Shown here: piece after piece, positions 57,427 to 64,000 of the stretch
Layout of the letters: every line of letters begins with the position of its first letter
How positions within the stretch are numbered: position 1 is the stretch's first letter
Origin: Parcubacteria bacterium C7867-001
GTDB lineage: Bacteria > Patescibacteriota > Minisyncoccia > Phycocordibacterales > Phycocordibacteraceae
Length of the DNA: 64,000 nt
Assembly: GCA_001189095.1 (NCBI GenBank)
Contig: LFCK01000002.1
Coordinates: 214,320-278,319 of the forward strand
Direction: 5' to 3'
Notes under the pieces: model-generated
Told to the model about the DNA's origin: nothing
Seen by the model: the letters and a program-made list of their open reading frames with translations, nothing else
Database searches by the model: none
Position numbers and translations under genes: made by a program

Positions 57427-57633
57427 ATGTGGGAAGAAATTGAATCGGGCTACGACACCCCCATGCGGGCCCATACCGCGAGTCATCGCTTGTCGGTTCC
57501 AGACGGCTGGCTGGTCAGAACGATTGTCGTCGTCGGCAGCTTGGAACCCAATGTCTCGGTGAATCAGATCCACGTGTCCGACCCGGAACACCACTGGTCT
57601 CTGGTGAAAGGGGCAGCAAAACAGGCTGCATAG
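57427..57633 (+). CDS. small hypothetical protein
   Basis: AGGAG RBS before ATG 57427; 68 aa. Confidence 0.4.
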   Translation: MWEEIESGYDTPMRAHTASHRLSVPDGWLVRTIVVVGSLEPNVSVNQIHVSDPEHHWSLVKGAAKQAA

Positions 57634-57639
57634 TTCGTG

Positions 57640-57676
57640 CGCGCCGCCCTCGGAGAGGGCGGCGTTTTCATTGACG
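57640..57676 (+). terminator. intrinsic terminator
   Basis: gcgccgccctc-ggaga-gggcggcg followed by ttttcattg. Confidence 0.6.
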
Positions 57677-57733
57677 AACTATATATATAAAGGTATCGTG
57701 CAACTACACCGGCCCGAGGGCCATTTTTAATTC

Positions 57734-59539
57734 ATGGAAATTCGCAACATCGCCATCATCGCGCACGTCGACCACGGAAAGACGACGCTTACCGACGCTA
57801 TCCTCAAACAGACAGGAGCGGCGGCTGAAGGCACGACCATGGACTCAAACTCCATCGAAAAGGAGCGCGGCATCACCATCTACTCAAAGAATGCCGCTAT
57901 CGAATATAAAGGAACGAAGATAAACATCGTTGACACGCCGGGGCACGCCGACTTCGGTTCGGAAGTGGAGCGCGTGCTCCGTTCCATCGACTCAGTGCTC
58001 CTCATCGTCGATGCTCAGGAAGGCCCCATGCCGCAAACGCGCTTTGTGCTCAAGAAGTCGCTCGAACTCGGACTCAAACCGATTGTCGTCCTTAATAAGA
58101 TAGATAAGCCGGCTGCAGATCCGGCGCGTGCGGAAGAGCAGGTTCTCGAACTCTTCTTCGAGCTCGGTGCCAACGACGATCAGGCGAACTTCCCAGTCGT
58201 ATACGCTATTGGCCGCGATGGCGTCGCCGGAAAGAAGCTCGAAGACATGCCAAGCAATGGTGGAGCTTCCCGCGATCTCACGCCGCTTCTCGACGTTATC
58301 CTTGAGCACGTACAGCCAGCGTCTTCTCCAGAACTCGCGAGCAAGCCGCTTAAGCTTCAGGCATTTAACCTCGGATACGACAATTTCCTCGGTCGCCTTG
58401 CCATTTGCCGCATATACGAGGGCGTCGTGCATTCGACAGATAACGTATTCGAGAAGAAGCCGGATGGAACGACCCGCTCGGGCAAACTCACCAAGATTTT
58501 CACGTTTAAAGGACTTGAACGCGTTGAGACTGATTCGGCCGAAGCCGGAGACATTGTCCTCATTGCCGGACTTCCGGAAATCTACATCGGAGAAACGGTA
58601 ACGAGCGACGAAAACGCCGAGCCGCTTCCAGCTATCGCAATTGATGAGCCGACGATTACGGTTAACTTCCTCGTGAACAATTCGCCGTTCGCTGGAAAGG
58701 AAGGGAAGTTCGTGACGAGCCGCCAGCTGCGCGATTACCTTGAGCGCGAGCTTCAGGTGAACGTTGGTCTTAAAGTGGACTTCTCGTCCCCTGAAGCCTT
58801 CAAGCTTTCTGGTCGCGGCGAACTCCATATCGCGGTGCTTCTTGAGAATATGCGCCGCGCAGGATACGAAATGCAGGTCAGCCAGCCACAGGTCATCATC
58901 CGCGAAGAGAACGGACAGAAACTTGAGCCATACGAAGAAGTCATTATTGATACTCCAAGCGAATTCCAAGGCGCCATTATCGAAAAGCTCGGCCAGCGCG
59001 CATTCGTGCTCCAGAACCTCACGCAGCAGGATAATTCAGTCCGCCTTACGCTCGAGGGTCCAACACGCGGACTTCTCGGCTACAAGAATATTTTCGTTGT
59101 CGACACCAAGGGTGAGGGCATCCTTTCTTCGCGCTTCACTGCATTCAAGCCGTACGCAGGCGAAATAAAGAAGCGTCAGGTAGGCTCGATGATTTCCATG
59201 GCCTCCGGCAAGTCGCTCGGCTACGCACTCTGGTATCTTCAGGAACGCGGCGTACTCTACATCCATCCAGCAACGGAAGTGTACGAAGGTATGGTGGTGG
59301 GCAACACCAGCAAGGGCGAGGAAATGATGGTGAACCCGACCAAGGCGAAGAACCAGTCCAATGTCCGCTCTTCAGGAAACGACGAGGCGATAAACCTCTT
59401 CCCGCCGATTCTCCTTACGATTGAGCGCGGTCTCGAGCTTATGCAGGAGGACGAATACCTCGAGATCACTCCACAATCGGTTCGTTTGCGTAAGCAGTTC
59501 CTCACCGAACAGGATCGCGCGAAGGCTCGCCGCGTCTAG
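57734..59539 (+). CDS. typA: translational GTPase TypA/BipA
   Basis: [11 protein letters not shown]1 motif; DTPGH; NKID; EF-G-like domains; 601 aa. Confidence 0.9.
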   Translation: MEIRNIAIIAHVDHGKTTLTDAILKQTGAAAEGTTMDSNSIEKERGITIYSKNAAIEYKGTKINIVDTPGHADFGSEVERVLRSIDSVLLIVDAQEGPMPQTRFVLKKSLELGLKPIVVLNKIDKPAADPARAEEQVLELFFELGANDDQANFPVVYAIGRDGVAGKKLEDMPSNGGASRDLTPLLDVILEHVQPASSPELASKPLKLQAFNLGYDNFLGRLAICRIYEGVVHSTDNVFEKKPDGTTRSGKLTKIFTFKGLERVETDSAEAGDIVLIAGLPEIYIGETVTSDENAEPLPAIAIDEPTITVNFLVNNSPFAGKEGKFVTSRQLRDYLERELQVNVGLKVDFSSPEAFKLSGRGELHIAVLLENMRRAGYEMQVSQPQVIIREENGQKLEPYEEVIIDTPSEFQGAIIEKLGQRAFVLQNLTQQDNSVRLTLEGPTRGLLGYKNIFVVDTKGEGILSSRFTAFKPYAGEIKKRQVGSMISMASGKSLGYALWYLQERGVLYIHPATEVYEGMVVGNTSKGEEMMVNPTKAKNQSNVRSSGNDEAINLFPPILLTIERGLELMQEDEYLEITPQSVRLRKQFLTEQDRAKARRV

Positions 59540-59865
59540 TTGACGCATACTGGTTTCCGCGTAAGGTTTTGGTACCGAAGCTCGTTCGGTACAAGGAGAA
59601 AATTCAATGAAAGGCATTGCAACAGCTGCAACAGCGCTTTCTTTCGGCGCCGGCATGGTGGTCGCCGCCCTCAAGGTTCCGGAAGCGCTTATGTTGGTTG
59701 CTCCCGTCGGAGCGCTTGCTTTGATTTTCGTCGCTATCCTCGAATTCAAGTAGTGCGGCACTAAACCCTACAGCGCGGCTCACTGAGCCGCGTTTTTCGT
59801 CTCATGCGGTTTTCATGGGGCAAGGACTACACTGGCAGTTCATTAGAAGGTAATCGATTTTCACC

Positions 59866-60023
59866 ATGCTTATCACCATCGCAGTCGTGCTCCTCGTCCT
59901 GTGGGCGCTCGGGCTCGTGGCGAGCTATACGCTCGGCGGATTCATCCACCTGCTTCTGTTAGCCGCGCTTATCATGTTTCTCGTGCGGATCATTCAAGGA
60001 AGAAACCCGATAAGCGGGACCTA
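59866..60023 (+). CDS. small membrane protein (lmo0937-like)
   Basis: 52 aa: MLITIAVVLLVLWALGLVASYTLGGFIHLLLLAALIMFLVRIIQG. Confidence 0.35.
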
Positions 60024-60287
60024 GTCGAGAATTTCGACCTATTCTGGTCGAATACCCCACCGACGTTGCCAAACGTCGGTGGGGTATTCCGCTGCTTGCT
60101 TTTAGGTGAATTGCGTGATATAGTGCTCCTACAATCGTTTTTGACTAGTTTTATGTCTTGAGAGCCTCTCGAGACCGCCCACAAAGATACTAAGGAGAGA
60201 TTGGGGTGAAACTCTTGAGACGCTTGTACTATCAAGCTCGCGCGCGAACGTTCTCCTACTCTACGCGCGGCATTTATCCATTTTACA

Positions 60288-61589
60288 ATGGCAACTACTT
60301 ACATAGTGCGTAAAAATTCGCGACCGGCGGCGGACCTTCAGGGTCCCTACCGCAAGTTCGCGCAGAAATCAGGTGGACGCGGGGGGAAAGGCCGTCCTAA
60401 TCGAAGCGATAGCGGTCGTGGTTCGCGTGGCGATTCCCGAGGAGGGAAGCGTGGCGGACGCGGTGGCTTTCAGGAGATGAACGTCGATGTGAACAAGCTC
60501 GTCAACAAAGTCGAGAAAATAGAAGCTGAAGCGATGTACGTCCCAAAGCATACGTTTGCCGATTTTCCGGTTGACGACCATCTTAAGGCGAACATTATCG
60601 GCAAGGGCTATACGACTCCGACCCCTATTCAGGATCAGGTGATTCCGGAAGTCCTTAAGGGCCACGATGTGGTCGGTCTCGCTAATACTGGTACCGGCAA
60701 GACGGCGACCTTCCTCATCCCGCTTATCGACAAGGTCCTCAAGCTCCGTGCCCTCGGGCAGAAAGAGCGCGTGCTCATCATGGCACCGACTCGCGAGCTT
60801 GCTATCCAAATAGAGAATGAATTCTTCGGCTTCGGCAAAGGACTTCAGCTCGGTTCGGTCACGTGCGTCGGCGGCGCCAACATCGTCCCGCAGATCCGTC
60901 TTCTTCGACGCGATCCTGCGTTCGTTATCGGTACTCCCGGTCGCCTCAAGGATCTTGCCGAGCGTCGCGATATTAACTTCAAGGACTTCTCAACGGTCGT
61001 CCTCGACGAGGCGGATCGTATGCTCGACATGGGCTTCGTTGACGACATGCGTCTCATTCTCGGGCAAATGTCGAAAGATCGTCATACGCTCTTCTTCTCG
61101 GCAACCCTTAACAAGGATATCGAGAAGCTGGTCCACGAATTTCTCAAGGATCCTGTCCGCATTTCGGTGAAGACCCGCGAAACCGCGGCAACCATCGATC
61201 AGGACGTCGTCTACACGCAGGCAGGTCGGAAGTTCGAGCAGCTCGTCGACATCCTCCGTGCTCCTGACATGACCAAGGTGCTCGTCTTCGGACGCACGAA
61301 GCACGGCGTGGAGCGCCTTGCGCGCGACCTTAATCGTGCAGGCATCAAGTCGGATTCTATCCATGGAGATAAGACGCACGGACGCCGCCAGAAGGCGCTC
61401 GGACTCTTCAAGCAGTCGCATGTGAACGTGCTTGTTGCGACCGACGTCGCAGCGCGCGGTCTCGACATTAGTGGCGTTTCGCACGTCATTAACTATGACC
61501 TCCCAGCTACCTATGAGGATTACACTCATCGTATCGGACGTACCGGACGAGCGGGTGAAATAGGTAAAGCGCTCACCTTCATCAACTAA
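60288..61589 (+). CDS. DEAD-box ATP-dependent RNA helicase
   Basis: Q-motif; Walker A GTGKT; DEAD box (VLDEADRMLDMGF); SAT; HRIGRTGRAG; RGG-rich N-terminus. Confidence 0.9.
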   Translation: MATTYIVRKNSRPAADLQGPYRKFAQKSGGRGGKGRPNRSDSGRGSRGDSRGGKRGGRGGFQEMNVDVNKLVNKVEKIEAEAMYVPKHTFADFPVDDHLKANIIGKGYTTPTPIQDQVIPEVLKGHDVVGLANTGTGKTATFLIPLIDKVLKLRALGQKERVLIMAPTRELAIQIENEFFGFGKGLQLGSVTCVGGANIVPQIRLLRRDPAFVIGTPGRLKDLAERRDINFKDFSTVVLDEADRMLDMGFVDDMRLILGQMSKDRHTLFFSATLNKDIEKLVHEFLKDPVRISVKTRETAATIDQDVVYTQAGRKFEQLVDILRAPDMTKVLVFGRTKHGVERLARDLNRAGIKSDSIHGDKTHGRRQKALGLFKQSHVNVLVATDVAARGLDISGVSHVINYDLPATYEDYTHRIGRTGRAGEIGKALTFIN

Positions 61590-61600
61590 CGAGGCACAAT

Positions 61601-61634
61601 AAAAACCGGCCCGCGTACGCGGGCCGGTTTTTAT
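61601..61634 (+). terminator. bidirectional intrinsic terminator
   Basis: aaaaaccggcccgcg-tacg-cgggccggttttta. Confidence 0.65.
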
Positions 61635-61646
61635 TAGGAGGAGGTA

Positions 61647-62357
61647 TTATTTCTTCGCGAGTTCTGCGTCGATGAGCGGTGCAATCGTGCTGTACGGCTG
61701 GGCGCCAGCTACGAGTGTGGTGCCGATAATGCCTGCTGGCGTACCGTTGACGCCGAATTTCGATGCCTCGGCGCGGTTTGCGGCGATTGCTGCATCGTAC
61801 TTCGACTTATTCTCATTCATAAGCTTGGTCACGCGAGCAACGTCGACCCCCGGAATTTTCTTGGTAAGTTCCTGAATCGAGGCGAGGTCGCCGAAGCCCT
61901 TATCGCCTTCGTCATCCTGCGCTTCGAACATTGCCTGATACCAGACATAGAACTTGTCTGGATATGCGTCCCACATAGCGCGAGCGAACTGCGCTGCTGC
62001 GGTCGAGTCGCTGCCAAGGAACTGGAAGTCCTTGAAGATCACGCGAAGCTTTCCAGTCTTCACATAGTTCTCATGCAATTGCGTCATAACGGTGGTGTCG
62101 AACTGTTTGCAGAATGGGCACTGGTAGTCGAACCAATACGCCATGACGACCGGAGCGTCGGGGCTCCCGATGTACGGATCGCCATTCATCTGTACATCTT
62201 TAATGTCGACTGCTTTCGCTGTGCCGCCGTCGTCATTCGGTGCAGCATCGGGACGACCGAACGCGAATGCGCCCGCGATAATAATCGCACCAGCAACAAC
62301 CGCAAGCGGTGTGCCATATTTTTCAATAAATGTTCCTCCTGTAGTGCTTTTTTCCAT
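61647..62357 (-). CDS. DsbA-family thiol:disulfide oxidoreductase, membrane-anchored
   Basis: CPFC active site (WFDYQCPFCKQF); N-terminal TM. Confidence 0.75.
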   Translation of the reverse strand: MEKSTTGGTFIEKYGTPLAVVAGAIIIAGAFAFGRPDAAPNDDGGTAKAVDIKDVQMNGDPYIGSPDAPVVMAYWFDYQCPFCKQFDTTVMTQLHENYVKTGKLRVIFKDFQFLGSDSTAAAQFARAMWDAYPDKFYVWYQAMFEAQDDEGDKGFGDLASIQELTKKIPGVDVARVTKLMNENKSKYDAAIAANRAEASKFGVNGTPAGIIGTTLVAGAQPYSTIAPLIDAELAKK

Positions 62358-62435
62358 ATATACGGATCCTACTAATAGTGTGGGACCAGTATACCATTTA
62401 CACCAGTTCGTCGAGATGGTCGGCTAAGGGCCCAG

Positions 62436-63101
62436 TTACGGGCGGTTTTTACGATGCATTTTATAGAATTCGATCCAGAAGGGAATCACGGAAACAACAA
62501 GAATGATGATAATGAACGGCGTGAGGTATTCCTGAATCTGCGGAAATGTTTTTCCAAGTATGTGGCCAAGCGTGGTGAGACCAGCGCCCCAGATAATCGC
62601 GCCGATGATGTTATATGTAATAAATTTTCCATACGGCATGTTGCCGACACCGGCGAAGATCGGAACGAATGTGCGCACGACCGCGAGGAAGCGGGCGAAG
62701 ATAATTGCGCGGCCACCGAATCTCGCATAGAACTCCTGCGTTCGCTCAAGATGTTTTTTATTGAAGAAGAATGAATCCTCTTTCGTAAAAATCTTTGGAC
62801 CGAGCTTACGTCCAATCCAGTAGCCGGCACTGTCGCCCAAAATTGCGGCGACCGTAACGGTGAGCGCAAGCGGAACAATCTCAAAGAACCCTTGCGTGCT
62901 CGCAATACCCGCGACGAAGAGAAGTGTGTCGCCGGGGAATATAAATCCGAATGGAATGCCTGATTCGCAAAAGACGATAAGGAAGAGGCCGACATAGCCG
63001 GCGCTTTGAATAAGTTCTGGTAGGGAAACGTGCAGTAGTGAAGAAAGCATAGAAGCAGCATATACTACCTTCGTCATGGAAGACAACGAATTCAAAGCCA
63101 T
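62436..63101 (-). CDS. DedA-family membrane protein
   Basis: GYVGLFLIVFCESGIPFGFIFPGDTLLFVAG signature. Confidence 0.8.
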   Translation of the reverse strand: MALNSLSSMTKVVYAASMLSSLLHVSLPELIQSAGYVGLFLIVFCESGIPFGFIFPGDTLLFVAGIASTQGFFEIVPLALTVTVAAILGDSAGYWIGRKLGPKIFTKEDSFFFNKKHLERTQEFYARFGGRAIIFARFLAVVRTFVPIFAGVGNMPYGKFITYNIIGAIIWGAGLTTLGHILGKTFPQIQEYLTPFIIIILVVSVIPFWIEFYKMHRKNRP

Positions 63102-63492
63102 AGTCGAAGACGAGTGGACGAAGGTCCCCGCGCGCTTTGCAAAGCATATTCAAAATGTCGCGCTCCTTATAGAAGATGAGCCGAACGAAGACATTCGAGC
63201 ACGCGAAGGTTTGAGTGCGCACGATACCTTGCTCGGTTTGTATCAAGGAATTCCGAATATCGAGCGCGGGAGTCTCTATGGAGTGGGTCCTACTATGCCT
63301 GACACCATCACACTCTTCCGTCTTCCGATTCTCGAAGAGGCTCACGAACTCACCGATACCGATACGTCGTTATATGGAAAGATGGTTCGCAAAGTTGTTC
63401 GAGAGACGTTGTGGCATGAAATTGGTCACTATCTTGGGCTCGACGAAGCGCAGATACATGAGCGCGAGGAGGAGCGAACCAACGATTTTTAG
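63076..63492 (+). CDS. zincin-like metallopeptidase family protein (DUF1025-type)
   Basis: C-terminal HEIGHYLGLDE (HExxH) motif; 138 aa. Confidence 0.6.
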   Translation: MEDNEFKAIVEDEWTKVPARFAKHIQNVALLIEDEPNEDIRAREGLSAHDTLLGLYQGIPNIERGSLYGVGPTMPDTITLFRLPILEEAHELTDTDTSLYGKMVRKVVRETLWHEIGHYLGLDEAQIHEREEERTNDF

Positions 63493-64000
63493 CTACTCCG
63501 AAGCTAGGTTATCCACACAAAAAATCGACACTTTTTTGATCAATTTTTACTCAAAAATGAGCGTCATTTTTATGTAGTAAGCTCATTCGGAGCAAGTCCG
63601 CCACGGGCTCATGGAAGCTCCTTAGAACTTTTTGGAAACAAAAGACCTATTTGGAAATTAGTAGAGAATCCAAGAAAAATGCCGAGATTGAATATGTTTT
63701 ATATTTTGATTTTTTTATCTCGGTCATCCGAGATTTCTTGTATATAAAAGGTATTTTCGATGAATATCGACAAGCCGAGCCTATTTTCTTGGTTTTTTCT
63801 TCTACTTTTTCATCCTAAAAGGACCTAAAAATAACCCTCTTTTGATACTAAAAAGCCTATCTCTTTTGAGGATAAAAAAGTGGCTATTTCCTTTCAAAAA
63901 TCTTGGAATCTCGTGGGAGCGGAAATCCTTGTTTGGCGTTTTGGTCTTATAGAATATAGCGAGTCGACATTTATCGCATGTCTGTATCTCGAGAAAAACT
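63493..64000. other. AT-rich non-coding region with consensus DnaA box
   Basis: GC drops sharply relative to the rest of the window; TTATCCACA at 63508-63516; inverted repeat atctcgg-tcatc-cgagat at 63716-63734; no ORF of 60 aa or more. Confidence 0.4.

Noticed and set aside
1-64000. CRISPR arrays, transposases, integrases
   Set aside because: No direct-repeat/spacer periodicity and no ORF with recombinase or transposase motifs were seen anywhere in the window.

Overview
This is a 64 kb bacterial chromosomal window at roughly 57-58% GC. Genes are tightly packed and many carry clean GC-stem/U-tract intrinsic terminators. Many small proteins have no recognisable family, which is consistent with a small-genome, possibly Patescibacteria/CPR-like lineage, but the lineage is not certain from sequence alone.

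Housekeeping genes that can be recognised by motif are: gatC-gatA, prfB (RF2, SPF + GGQ), ftsE-ftsX, pyrG, typA/bipA, a DEAD-box helicase, apt, mltG, an RND pump with its periplasmic adaptor, two ABC ATPases (one ABC-F, one MsbA-like exporter), AlkB, a secreted thermonuclease, VIT, TerC/DUF475, YceI, DsbA-like and DedA. There are eight tRNA loci: Met x2, Asp, Thr x2, and a Gln cluster.

The most unusual block is 8.1-19.6 kb. It is a tightly coupled operon reading PP2C phosphatase -> atypical Ser/Thr kinase (Zn-ribbon + beta-rich C-terminus) -> enlarged nicotinamidase (PncA)-like cysteine hydrolase -> vWA (MIDAS) protein. That is a TerY-P/YegI-PphC-YegL-like triad with a NAD-salvage enzyme embedded in it. 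Directly downstream on the same strand are an ADP-ribosylglycohydrolase, NadE and PncB. Convergently transcribed are NadM-Nudix, a nucleoside 2-deoxyribosyltransferase/LOG-like protein and an NrtR-type Nudix-wHTH regulator.

Other oddities:
- A nested/split tRNA-Gln arrangement at 32658-32874.
- A 30-bp direct repeat of the tRNA-Met 3' end, with an inverted T-arm copy between the two copies (19781-19936).
- A 348-aa orphan protein translationally coupled to a 46-aa Pro-rich peptide.
- A roughly 500-nt ORF-poor structured region upstream of a tRNA-Thr.
- An abrupt switch to AT-rich non-coding DNA carrying a consensus DnaA box at the 3' end of the window.

No CRISPR array, transposase or integrase was seen.
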